The translations under genes were made by a program, and so were the position numbers. From Bacteroidales bacterium (GTDB lineage: Bacteria; Bacteroidota; Bacteroidia; Bacteroidales; UBA3663), in the NCBI GenBank assembly GCA_045640225.1, contig JAZUEP010000136.1, positions 13,771-77,770 on the forward strand: a stretch of DNA of 64,000 bases, read 5' to 3'. The notes under the pieces are model-generated. The model ran no database searches, was not told the DNA's origin, and saw nothing but the letters and a program-made list of their open reading frames with translations. Shown piece by piece: positions 10,116 to 18,700 of this stretch. How positions within the stretch are numbered: the first letter of the stretch is position 1; every line of letters starts with the position of its first letter.

Positions 10116-12575
10116 ATGAAATCTTATTTACTCACAATTGTCATGGCTCTCTTTGCCATGAGCGTAGTAATAGCCCGCCCGGCCTACCCCGGTCTGCTCT
10201 ATGCTACACTCGAAGATGGTACTCACGTTGCATACCACATGGTTGGCGACGAGTTCTCACATGCCTACCTCACCCTCGATGGACGTTACATCGAACGTGT
10301 GGCTGACCTTCAAGCTGTGGCTAACGCCGCTACATTGTCCGAAGATACAGAGCTTTGGCGCTATGTCGAGGCTCCCCTCTCGTCGGCTGAGAATTCGCCA
10401 CTAAAGGACTCACAAGCTCGTGCCAACCGACGTCCGGCTTCGGACAACCCGTACACCGACTTTCCTACTATTGGCGAGGTTCGTGGACTTGTACTGATGG
10501 TCGAATACACCGATGTTGAGTTCCAGCCCGAACACACACAAGAACTCTTCCAACGCCAGCTCAACGAGGAAGGCTACAGCGACTACCGCGCTACAGGTTC
10601 GGCACGTGATTATTTCATTGCCCAGTCCATGGGCCAGTTCCGTCCCCAGTTCGACGTTGTAGGTCCTTGTAAACTACCTCACACCATGGCCTATTATGGA
10701 GGCAACTCTATGGGAGGAGACAAGCGACCGGGCGAAATGGTTACCGATGCCTGCCGCTATGCCCATGACTCGCTCGGCATCGATTTCAGTCAGTATGACT
10801 ATGATCAGAATGGCGACGTCGATTTCGTCTTCGTTCTCTACGCTGGTTATGGCGAGAATTACGGAGCATCGCCCAACACCATCTGGCCACACATGTCAAC
10901 ACTGCGTGACCAACGGATCTATTTCGACCTAGATGGTGTCAACGTCAATCTCTACGCTTGCAGTTGTGAACTCAATGGTCGCAGAGGCACTGAGCTAGAC
11001 GGCATCGGTGCTGTATGCCATGAGTTCGGCCACGTTCTCGGCCTACCCGATGTATACAACACCCGTAATCAAGGACAAGTACAACTCGGACAGTGGGACG
11101 TCATGGATTCCGGCTCGTACAACAACGATTCGCGTACACCTCCTTCTTATACTGCATTCGAGCGCGTACAGCTCGGTTGGATGGAGCTCATCGAGCTCAC
11201 CGATCCTGTCGACTCGGTATTTGTCCCCGAAATCACGCAGAGTAACATCGCCTACCGTATCTCGACCAACGATCCAGACGAGTTCTTTACCCTCGAGAAC
11301 CATCAACAGGTAGGTTGGGATGCACCTCAAGGCGGACGTGGTCTGATGATCATTCATGTCGACTACGACCGCTCGCTCTGGGATGCTGATGCTATCAATG
11401 CTTCTAATCATCCTCACTATGACCTCATTGAAGCCGATGGTACTGCAGGCCGTACGTATGAGACTGATCTCTATCCAACACCATCGAACAATCGCTTCAC
11501 TGACTACTCGACGCCTGCTTCTAGTACTTGGCGTGGCAAGCCCCTCGAAAGTGGGGTAACACACATTACCCAACATGATAACGGAACCATCAGCTTCCGA
11601 TTCAAGAACGACCGTCTGAATTGTCCACAAGTATTGCCCGCCACCGATTTGACTACGACCTCGTTCCGTGTCAACTGGACCTCAGTCGAAGGTGCTATCG
11701 GCTATCGCATCCACATGTATGAGGAGCTGGCAGATTCGCTCAACGATCTTATCTTGGCCGAAAACTTCTCTCTGGCTACCTCGGGAGAATATCCCAAGGC
11801 TTCGGGTGAAAACATTGCTCCTAATATCGACAAATACGTTCACACCACTGGATGGTCCGGACAAGATATTTACCAATGTGGCGGCATGATCCGTCTGGGT
11901 GGCTACGGCTACTCAGGCAAGATTTCGACACCACTATTCGAGACATCAAAGTCCGACTCTATCTCCGTTTCGCTTTTCTGCTGCGCCTATACGGGCAAGA
12001 GTGTCAATTACACCATCGAGTTGCTCGATGCCGAGAGCAACATTCTGCAAGCCGATACACTCAAGGCCGATCGCAACATGCAGACTCCCATTGTCCACTA
12101 TGGACAGCTGCCATCACAGTATCACATTCGCATCGTATCCCAAAAGGAGCGTCTCTTCATCGATGACCTACGTATAGTACATGGCCAACGAGACAGCCTC
12201 AGCATCTGGACTGCAGGCCCTCAGCAGTGGGATATTGAGTGTGAAGGTGAAGCTATCGATGCAGACTTCGAGTTTGCTTCAACTGACGATACTGACGCCA
12301 CGGTTATCCTCTCCCATCAGATTTCTGATCTCGAGCCTGGCCTCACTTATCACTACAACATCACAGCCCTCGATCCTGAACCATTTTGCCAATCTCTCCC
12401 AACCGAGACTGTCGATGTTACACTTCCACTTACCGATGGCATCCATTCCATCCAAGCCGATAGCGTTACCGATGGAATCGTCCACGACCTTCAGGGCCGC
12501 ATAGTTGGAACTGCTCACCAAGATCTTCCTTCCGGCCTCTACCTTATCAATGGTCAGAAGATACTGATACGCTAA
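10116..12575 (+). CDS. M6 (immune inhibitor A-like) family metalloprotease, T9SS cargo
   Basis: Zinc motif CHEFGHVLGLPDVY. A signal peptide is present. The C-terminal ...VHDLQGRIVGTAHQDLPSGLYLINGQKILIR is a classic T9SS sorting-domain ending. Confidence 0.8.
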   Translation: MKSYLLTIVMALFAMSVVIARPAYPGLLYATLEDGTHVAYHMVGDEFSHAYLTLDGRYIERVADLQAVANAATLSEDTELWRYVEAPLSSAENSPLKDSQARANRRPASDNPYTDFPTIGEVRGLVLMVEYTDVEFQPEHTQELFQRQLNEEGYSDYRATGSARDYFIAQSMGQFRPQFDVVGPCKLPHTMAYYGGNSMGGDKRPGEMVTDACRYAHDSLGIDFSQYDYDQNGDVDFVFVLYAGYGENYGASPNTIWPHMSTLRDQRIYFDLDGVNVNLYACSCELNGRRGTELDGIGAVCHEFGHVLGLPDVYNTRNQGQVQLGQWDVMDSGSYNNDSRTPPSYTAFERVQLGWMELIELTDPVDSVFVPEITQSNIAYRISTNDPDEFFTLENHQQVGWDAPQGGRGLMIIHVDYDRSLWDADAINASNHPHYDLIEADGTAGRTYETDLYPTPSNNRFTDYSTPASSTWRGKPLESGVTHITQHDNGTISFRFKNDRLNCPQVLPATDLTTTSFRVNWTSVEGAIGYRIHMYEELADSLNDLILAENFSLATSGEYPKASGENIAPNIDKYVHTTGWSGQDIYQCGGMIRLGGYGYSGKISTPLFETSKSDSISVSLFCCAYTGKSVNYTIELLDAESNILQADTLKADRNMQTPIVHYGQLPSQYHIRIVSQKERLFIDDLRIVHGQRDSLSIWTAGPQQWDIECEGEAIDADFEFASTDDTDATVILSHQISDLEPGLTYHYNITALDPEPFCQSLPTETVDVTLPLTDGIHSIQADSVTDGIVHDLQGRIVGTAHQDLPSGLYLINGQKILIR

Positions 12576-12603
12576 TCAAAAAACGCTCTACCATACAACA
12601 TCT

Positions 12604-12737
12604 GAGGCTGTGTCAAAAGACCCAGCAAATGATAAATATTAAAGATTATTTACCCCCGCTACAGCATTGTGTAACGGGGGTATCCTTATTATTTATCCTT
12701 TAATATTTAGTATCTCGTGGCTTTTGACACGGCCACA
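12604..12737. repeat. About 130-bp nested imperfect palindrome between convergent genes (probable bidirectional terminator / REP-like hairpin)
   Basis: Outer arms are GGCTGTGTCAAAAG (12607-12620) and CTTTTGACACGGCC (12721-12734). Middle arms are ATAAATATTAAAG and CTTTAATATTTAG. The inner 8-bp stem is TACCCCCG / CGGGGGTA (12651-12658 / 12675-12682). Confidence 0.5.
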
Positions 12738-12786
12738 TTATACATTAATAAGACTCTGCGATTAAGAATCCTACGCTTTTATTACA

Positions 12787-13797
12787 TTAATAGACCCAAG
12801 GCAAGAGACAGAGGCGAGCTTGAGACGTCATCTGGAGCTTTCCTTCGCCATTGGTGGTGAGTGGACGTTCGCCAAATAGGTAAAGGAAACCGCCCGTGAA
12901 GGTAACGCCCAGCGAGTCGGTCTGCAAGCCATCCTTGAGAGCGTAACTCCGAACCAAACCGCCAGACTGATGATACTGCTGTTTGGTGTGAATACCATCC
13001 TTGGCGGCCTGTACGGTGATCTGACAGCCTGGATGAACGCGGACGTATTCGTCGCTGGCAATGCCATGCTGGTGACGACCTACGACGCGAAGCTGTCCCT
13101 TGCCGCTGAAGATCAGCTGACCTTCGGAAAAGAGGCATCCCTTCTCGTCCTCGACCTGGGCTGCAGCATCAAGGGCATCCGACGCATAGGACTCGGCATC
13201 GGCCAGGACGTTAGACGAACCGTCGGCCAGCGTGACGAAACAACGCTTCTTATGCTGGATGCTGATGGCTGGACCATCGCCACAAGTGAGGTCAAGGCCA
13301 TCGAGCAGGAGCTGGAACTTCTTGTTGCTATAGACCTTGATCTGGCCATCCGACGACTGGCCCTTCAGGCAATAGGTGACCTTGCCACGCGCATCGTCAG
13401 CACCGGCTTCGCTCTCGAGGTTTCGCACGATGACGCGCGAACCATTGACCTCGATTTCGACGCCCTTCTCGGCCTGAGGATTGTCGACAGTGACCGTCGA
13501 ACCATTCCAGGTCAGCGTGACGGTACGCGAAGGCTTGAAGTCCTGATTCTCGAGGAAGTTGTCGAAATCTGGATCTTCCGGATCGACAGGAACCACCTCG
13601 ACAGGCTCGAAAAAGCTGGACGAAGGCAAGGTATTCTCCCACAACTGGAGCACCTCGTCGTACGAGATAGGCTCGGACGGCTCAGGTTCCGGAACGTCCT
13701 CTGGAAGTATGAACTGGTAAGTATCTGCACACGAGGCCCACAGCATCATAGGCAGCAGCAGGCCGAGGGTACGCGATACATTGCGGAACTTTATCAT
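12787..13797 (-). CDS. Lipoprotein of the Cthe_2159-like carbohydrate-binding (beta-helix) family
   Basis: Lipobox LWASC. The repetitive pattern is TVTLTWNGSTVTV..., LLLDGLDLTCGDGPAISIQ..., CLFSEGQLIFSGKGQLRVVG..HGIASDEYVRVHPGCQITVQAAKDGIHT, as in Cthe_2159-family proteins. Confidence 0.65.
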   Translation of the reverse strand: MIKFRNVSRTLGLLLPMMLWASCADTYQFILPEDVPEPEPSEPISYDEVLQLWENTLPSSSFFEPVEVVPVDPEDPDFDNFLENQDFKPSRTVTLTWNGSTVTVDNPQAEKGVEIEVNGSRVIVRNLESEAGADDARGKVTYCLKGQSSDGQIKVYSNKKFQLLLDGLDLTCGDGPAISIQHKKRCFVTLADGSSNVLADAESYASDALDAAAQVEDEKGCLFSEGQLIFSGKGQLRVVGRHQHGIASDEYVRVHPGCQITVQAAKDGIHTKQQYHQSGGLVRSYALKDGLQTDSLGVTFTGGFLYLFGERPLTTNGEGKLQMTSQARLCLLPWVY

Positions 13798-13805
13798 GGG
13801 CGGAA

Positions 13806-14612
13806 TCAGAACTGGAAGTTATAACCAAGGGTGAACAGATGGCCGTTAGCCTCGTCGTTGTCGGCACGATCCTTATAGCGCCAGGTCAGCGACAGCGACG
13901 AACGCTTGTTGAAGCTGTAATCGACACCAACCGAGTAGCGAAGCTGATCGACAGCAAAACCATCGGCCAGATTGTTGAGCAGCTCGACGCTGGCTGTAGG
14001 CGTGAAGCGACAATGACGGATATTATACGTCAGCTGCATACGTGAGCGCAGGATATGGTCCTGATCGCCAGCCTCGACCTCGTCAGTGAGACGCTGACCC
14101 GTAGGACGGCCGATGCCGAACTGTGGATCGGTAGAGTACTTCGGCACGTACTGCAGAGGCGAATGGGTAATCTGATAGCGCTCGCGCAACGACAGCTTGA
14201 AGCGGCCCATCTCGTGCTGGAACGTAACGCCAGCATACCAGCGATGACGTGGAGCCCAGTGGCCGCTTACGACGTTACCCTTCGACGTGACGCGACTCAG
14301 GTGGTAACGATCCATCAGGACGTAGCCCAGATCGGTCTTCATCCATGACGTAACCTTGTAGTCGAGGCCCAGGTCGAAGGACCAACGCTCGAGGGCAGAG
14401 AATTGCGACTGCGAGCGAACCTCGGCTTCGGCCTGCAGCTTCAGGCCCTTGACCAGCTTGTGCTCGGCACTGACCGAAAGGCCATAGCCGAAGTCGTCGT
14501 CGGCCTGTGCCAACAACGTACCGCACGAAACCATGGCCAGCAAGCAGGCGGCAAGGCAGCGAAGCAGGGTCATGTTGCCCCACGAGCAAATATGCGATAG
14601 GATACCGTGCAT
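13806..14612 (-). CDS. Putative outer-membrane beta-barrel protein (DUF2490-like)
   Basis: Signal peptide MTLLRCLAACLLAMVSCGTLLAQ. Alternating amphipathic strands end in the terminal ...LFTLGYNFQF (C-terminal Phe). The ATG overlaps the upstream stop as TGATG. Confidence 0.5.
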   Translation of the reverse strand: MHGILSHICSWGNMTLLRCLAACLLAMVSCGTLLAQADDDFGYGLSVSAEHKLVKGLKLQAEAEVRSQSQFSALERWSFDLGLDYKVTSWMKTDLGYVLMDRYHLSRVTSKGNVVSGHWAPRHRWYAGVTFQHEMGRFKLSLRERYQITHSPLQYVPKYSTDPQFGIGRPTGQRLTDEVEAGDQDHILRSRMQLTYNIRHCRFTPTASVELLNNLADGFAVDQLRYSVGVDYSFNKRSSLSLTWRYKDRADNDEANGHLFTLGYNFQF

Positions 14613-15277
14613 CAGAACTGAGGAATCTTTGACATTTCGTCGACAGTGTTCTCCTCGTTGCCGTCGGCTGGTTCGTAATATACCTTCAGCAGGGCCATAT
14701 CCTTCAGGAAGTTGACCGTACCTACGTCGACCTTGACGACCTTGACTCCCAGACGAGCCTCGAGATCCTTGATCATCTCGTCGCGACGGGCAGGCAGGAT
14801 AAGGTCGATGCGGTCGTACTTGACGTACTTGCAGGCCAGATGTTTCAGTTTACGGGTAAGTTCGGCCAGGGCGATAGCAATGACGAAGATGGCATTGATC
14901 ATAATCATGCCTACCCAACCTACAGCATCACCGGCCAGGGCATTGACCACCGAGATGGCAATGATGGCGAAGAGGTAGGTCATCTCGCGAACGGGCATCG
15001 ACTCGGTACGATAGCGGATGATCGAGAAGATGGCGAACAAGCCGAGAGCAAAGCCCGTCTTGAGCTTGACGGTACCCAGCAGCGCGACGATCATGAAGGT
15101 CGAGAGTGAGATGATGGCGAAGGTAAAGTAGTAGTCAGCACGCTTCGACTTACGATAGTAGAGGAAGTGGATGATGCCGATAACGACCACCACATTGATG
15201 AGCAGACGGAGAAGGAAGTCCTCCATGCCGATAGGGTTCAGCAGTTCGGCTCCTGCATCGATAATTTCTTGATCCAT
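14612..15277 (-). CDS. DUF4956 domain-containing membrane protein
   Basis: FLLRLLINVVVVIGIIHFLYYRKSKRADYYFTFAIISLSTFMIVALL ... GLFAIFSIIRYRTESMPVREMTYLF is typical of DUF4956. It overlaps the upstream VTC ORF by 40 nt; an alternative ATG at 15226 removes the overlap. Confidence 0.7.
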   Translation of the reverse strand: MDQEIIDAGAELLNPIGMEDFLLRLLINVVVVIGIIHFLYYRKSKRADYYFTFAIISLSTFMIVALLGTVKLKTGFALGLFAIFSIIRYRTESMPVREMTYLFAIIAISVVNALAGDAVGWVGMIMINAIFVIAIALAELTRKLKHLACKYVKYDRIDLILPARRDEMIKDLEARLGVKVVKVDVGTVNFLKDMALLKVYYEPADGNEENTVDEMSKIPQF

Positions 15278-16062
15278 TGTATTTTTTCTTTGAAGTTATT
15301 ATTTCGGAGTGTAGGATTGGTGAGCGTCTGTCCAATACAATACTTGCTGAAGCCACCGGGATGGACGTGCATGCGGATCAGCAGGTCGTGCATGGGCGAA
15401 GGATTGTGACCATCGCGTTTCAGCTCGATGATGGCCAGATGTGCCAGCGAGGCATCGGCCAGGGTCTCGAGATTGTGAAATCGAAGGTTGAGGTCGATCG
15501 TCAGGCGCTCGGTCATGGCGTGATTGACCAGTGTGATACGGTCGAAGAAGTTCTCGAGCTGAGGCTGTAACGTATCCGGACGCAACGGATCGGGTTCGAC
15601 CTGGCCATCGACATGCGTGAAACGAGGCCCCTGTCCCAACTTGGCAAGAATAGGCGGCACCAGGGCATTGGCCTCGACAGGATCGTTAGGCACCTCCATT
15701 TGGCGACGTTTCTTGGCCGTACGTCCGTGGTTGTTCTTGTGCTTGATCTCGAGGAAAGCTTCGCCCGTATCCATGTAGGTTCGCATACGGACCTTCTGAC
15801 GCGGACGATGTCCCACCTCATGGCGGGTATACATCTGGTGATCGGGAGTATCGAGGTAGATGGTATGATAGCCTGCCATGCGCTCGCCATCCTTATTGGT
15901 CTGGACGAAATAGTCGGCACTGGCAGCCTCGAGCAGTTCAGCAAGCTTTGAGAGCCGCACGACGTACTTGGTATCGGTGCGGTTCATCAGCTTGACACCG
16001 GACATCTGATCGAGTCCGATGGGCTGGAAGGCAGTCAGTATTTGACGAATAGCGTTGTACAT
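15238..16062 (-). CDS. VTC (polyphosphate polymerase) domain-containing protein
   Basis: LMNRTDTKYVV, RQKVRMRTYMDTGEAFLEIKHKNNHGRTAKKR and the AIIELK..DG pattern match bacterial VTC/CYTH-like tunnel-fold proteins. Confidence 0.75.
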   Translation of the reverse strand: MYNAIRQILTAFQPIGLDQMSGVKLMNRTDTKYVVRLSKLAELLEAASADYFVQTNKDGERMAGYHTIYLDTPDHQMYTRHEVGHRPRQKVRMRTYMDTGEAFLEIKHKNNHGRTAKKRRQMEVPNDPVEANALVPPILAKLGQGPRFTHVDGQVEPDPLRPDTLQPQLENFFDRITLVNHAMTERLTIDLNLRFHNLETLADASLAHLAIIELKRDGHNPSPMHDLLIRMHVHPGGFSKYCIGQTLTNPTLRNNNFKEKIQWIKKLSMQEPNC

Positions 16063-16094
16063 CGTAGGGATGAGGTTTTAGTTATAAACGGGCG

Positions 16095-16102
16095 CAAAGA
16101 TA
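16095..16102 (-). promoter_or_regulatory. -7 promoter box (TATCTTTG) for the VTC operon
   Basis: Plus strand reads CAAAGATA, 32 nt upstream of the ATG at 16062. Confidence 0.45.
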
Positions 16103-16168
16103 GTCAAAATTTTCCGATAAATCAAAAATGGCACCTAAAATCGGTATTTTTTGCGCTATATTAACATC

Positions 16169-17137
16169 TTATTCGCCCGAAATGGCACAGACGTATGCTA
16201 AGATAGCCTCCGAATCGTCGGGATGGAACCATCGGATGGTCGTGTCGCGCTGGAACCAGGTCATCTGTTTCTTGCTGTAGATGCGCGAATTGTGGCAGAT
16301 GCGTTCGCGTGCCTGATCGAGCGACCAGATGCCGGCATAGTGCAGCAACATCTCCTTCAGTCCGACGGTATTGAGCGAGGCTGGCAACAGGTTCGGAATA
16401 GGCTGTGCCTGGGTCGGTCCGGGATTGCGGATGACACCGGCAAACTGTGAGTCTACGTCGGTCTGGAACCGCTCGTATACGGCACGCGTCTCGGCTTCGA
16501 GACCATCGGCAAACATCTGGTCGACACGCTGGTCGATACGGCGATAGAGTTCATCCCTATCGCGACGCAACCCGATGCGGACAATCCGGAACGGACGTTG
16601 ACGGACCTGGCCCGTGCGGAACTCGCTGAACGGACGTCCGGTAGTGAGACACATCTCGAGGCCATGAATCACGCGTTGCGGATTGCGACGGTCCACGGTG
16701 GCAGCATAGGCCGGATCGAGCTGCTCGAGTTGAGCCAACAAGGGTGCAAGACCTTCTGCCTCGAACTGGGAACGCAAATGTAGCCGGATGGCAGGATCAG
16801 CCTGAGGCATATCGTCGATGCCGCGGCAGACAGCATCGATATACATCATGCTGCCACCCGACAGCAGGCAGTCCGTCTGGCGTCCGTCGAGCAAGGCCAG
16901 CACCTCGGCCTCATAACGGGCAGCGCTATACGAATCGGTGAGCCCGAGGGTACCGACAAAGTGATGCGGCACCAAGGCCATCTGTGCACCCGTAGGTGCA
17001 GCCGTACAGATAGGGATGTCGCGATAGAGCTGACGCGAATCGGCATTGAGGATAGGCGTCTGGAGGCGTTGTGCCAGCTCGAGCGACAACTGTGTTTTGC
17101 CCACGGCCGTGGGACCCAGAAGGACAAAAAGCGTCAT
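16169..17137 (-). CDS. miaA: tRNA dimethylallyltransferase
   Basis: P-loop LLGPTAVGKTQLSLELA, then ILNADSRQLYRDIPI.TAAP. The length of 322 aa fits. Confidence 0.93.
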   Translation of the reverse strand: MTLFVLLGPTAVGKTQLSLELAQRLQTPILNADSRQLYRDIPICTAAPTGAQMALVPHHFVGTLGLTDSYSAARYEAEVLALLDGRQTDCLLSGGSMMYIDAVCRGIDDMPQADPAIRLHLRSQFEAEGLAPLLAQLEQLDPAYAATVDRRNPQRVIHGLEMCLTTGRPFSEFRTGQVRQRPFRIVRIGLRRDRDELYRRIDQRVDQMFADGLEAETRAVYERFQTDVDSQFAGVIRNPGPTQAQPIPNLLPASLNTVGLKEMLLHYAGIWSLDQARERICHNSRIYSKKQMTWFQRDTTIRWFHPDDSEAILAYVCAISGE

Positions 17138-17206
17138 TTATGGAGAGTTTTTAGGCAATTCGGATAGTTTTTGGGCCGAAAGGTTGGATATTTGACAGAA
17201 AAGCAG

Positions 17207-17214
17207 TAACTTTG
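17207..17214 (+). promoter_or_regulatory. -7 promoter box (TAACTTTG)
   Basis: TAACTTTG followed by CAGCC, 79 nt upstream of the ATG at 17294. Confidence 0.4.
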
Positions 17215-17293
17215 CAGCCGTTTCTGCAAGCAGCGTCTCTACTCACAAAACAACTGACAGCAGCTATAAAGGCAGAGACAAGCAACAAACAAG

Positions 17294-18700
17294 ATGAATG
17301 ACTTCCTGACACTACTGAACAGCTACCTATGGGGATGGCCGATGATTGTCCTGCTGGTAGGTACGCATCTTTACCTGACGATACGTCTGCGCTTCCCTCA
17401 GCGCCACATGGCCAAAGCCATCCGCCTCTCGGTCGAGAAGGACAAGGGATCGGAAGGCGACGTCTCACAGTTCTCGGCACTGGCTACTGGCCTGGCTGCC
17501 ACCATCGGTACAGGCAATATCATCGGTGTAGCCACAGCCGTCACGATGGGCGGTCCGGGTGCAATCCTGTGGTGCTGGATTACCGGTGTGCTGGGCATCG
17601 CCACCAAATATGCCGAGGGTCTGCTCTCGATCAAGTATCGCGTCCGCACGGCCAACGGCAAGATGTTAGGCGGTCCGATGTACGCCATCGAGCGTGGTAT
17701 GGGCTGCCGCTGGTTGGCCATCCTGTTTGCCGTCTTTGCATTTCTGGCCTCGTTCGGCATAGGCTGCACGGTACAGAGCAACGCCATCGCTACCATGGCA
17801 CAGGAGAGCTTCGGATGGGATGCTCAATGGGTTGGCGGCATACTGGCCGTACTACTGGGAGCCGTGATTCTGTTCGGTGTCAAAGGCATTGCTCGCGTCT
17901 GTGAGGTGCTGGTACCGTTCATGGCCATCTTCTACGTGCTGGGCTGTCTGGCTCTGCTGGTAGTGAATGGCCAGTATCTGGGCGAGGCCATCAGCGTCAT
18001 CGTTCGCAGTGCTTTCAGTGCACAGGCGGCTGCGGGTGGATTCGTCGGCTCGACCCTGATGGTGGCCATGCGCTTCGGTATTGCGCGTGGTCTGTTCAGC
18101 AACGAAGCCGGTCTCGGATCCGCTCCTATCGTTGCCGCCGCAGCCAAGACACGCAATCCGGTACGTCAGGCATTGGTTTCAAGTACCTCGGTCTTCTGGG
18201 ATACGGTCGTAATCTGTGCCTTGACAGGCCTTGTTCTGGTTACAACCATTCTGGCAGACAATGGCGTGGATTCGTCAGCCTCAGCAGCCTTGACCAAGCG
18301 TGCCTTCGAACAGCTGCCACTCGTCGTAGGCGGACTGAATCTAGGCGCCATCGTATTGAGCATCGCCATCTTTACCTTTGCCTTCAGCACCATCCTAGGA
18401 TGGAGCTATTATGGCGAGAAGGCTCTCGAATACCTTTGTGGCCGCTACGGACGTGTGGGGCGTTACGTCTTCCGCGTACTGATTACGATAGGTACCTACT
18501 ATGGTGCAACGAATGCGCTGGATGTGGTCTGGAACTTCGGCGATGCTGCCAATGCACTGATGGTCATCCCGAACCTCATCTGCCTGATAGCCCTGAGCGG
18601 AGTACTGGTACGCGAAACGCGACACTACCTCTGGGAAGATCGCTTGGACGAAGAGGATACCTCACCCACTCCCATGGCCGACGACCAGGCCTCGATGTAA
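17294..18700 (+). CDS. Alanine/glycine:cation symporter (AGCS family)
   Basis: SQFSALATGLAATIGTGNIIGVATAVTMGGPGAILWCWITG and FSNEAGLGSAPIVAAAAKT are AGCS signatures. The protein is polytopic. Confidence 0.9.
   Translation: MNDFLTLLNSYLWGWPMIVLLVGTHLYLTIRLRFPQRHMAKAIRLSVEKDKGSEGDVSQFSALATGLAATIGTGNIIGVATAVTMGGPGAILWCWITGVLGIATKYAEGLLSIKYRVRTANGKMLGGPMYAIERGMGCRWLAILFAVFAFLASFGIGCTVQSNAIATMAQESFGWDAQWVGGILAVLLGAVILFGVKGIARVCEVLVPFMAIFYVLGCLALLVVNGQYLGEAISVIVRSAFSAQAAAGGFVGSTLMVAMRFGIARGLFSNEAGLGSAPIVAAAAKTRNPVRQALVSSTSVFWDTVVICALTGLVLVTTILADNGVDSSASAALTKRAFEQLPLVVGGLNLGAIVLSIAIFTFAFSTILGWSYYGEKALEYLCGRYGRVGRYVFRVLITIGTYYGATNALDVVWNFGDAANALMVIPNLICLIALSGVLVRETRHYLWEDRLDEEDTSPTPMADDQASM

Noticed and set aside
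8283-12575. The codon-style switch at about 8.3 kb (G-ending codons upstream; CTC/GCT/CGT/GGT downstream) as evidence of horizontal transfer or a replication-strand switch.
   Set aside because: The same C/T-ending codon set is used by efp, by the Cthe_2159-like gene on the opposite strand, and by the flavodoxin-like gene. It therefore looks like an expression-linked codon class rather than foreign DNA or strand skew. It needs computation to settle.
17138-17293. A possible glycine riboswitch in the leader of the alanine/glycine:cation symporter, which is a common association.
   Set aside because: I could not find the conserved GGAGAG ... CACCG/ACCGAAGG-type cores or a tandem aptamer arrangement in the 79-nt leader. 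Only a TAACTTTG promoter box is visible.
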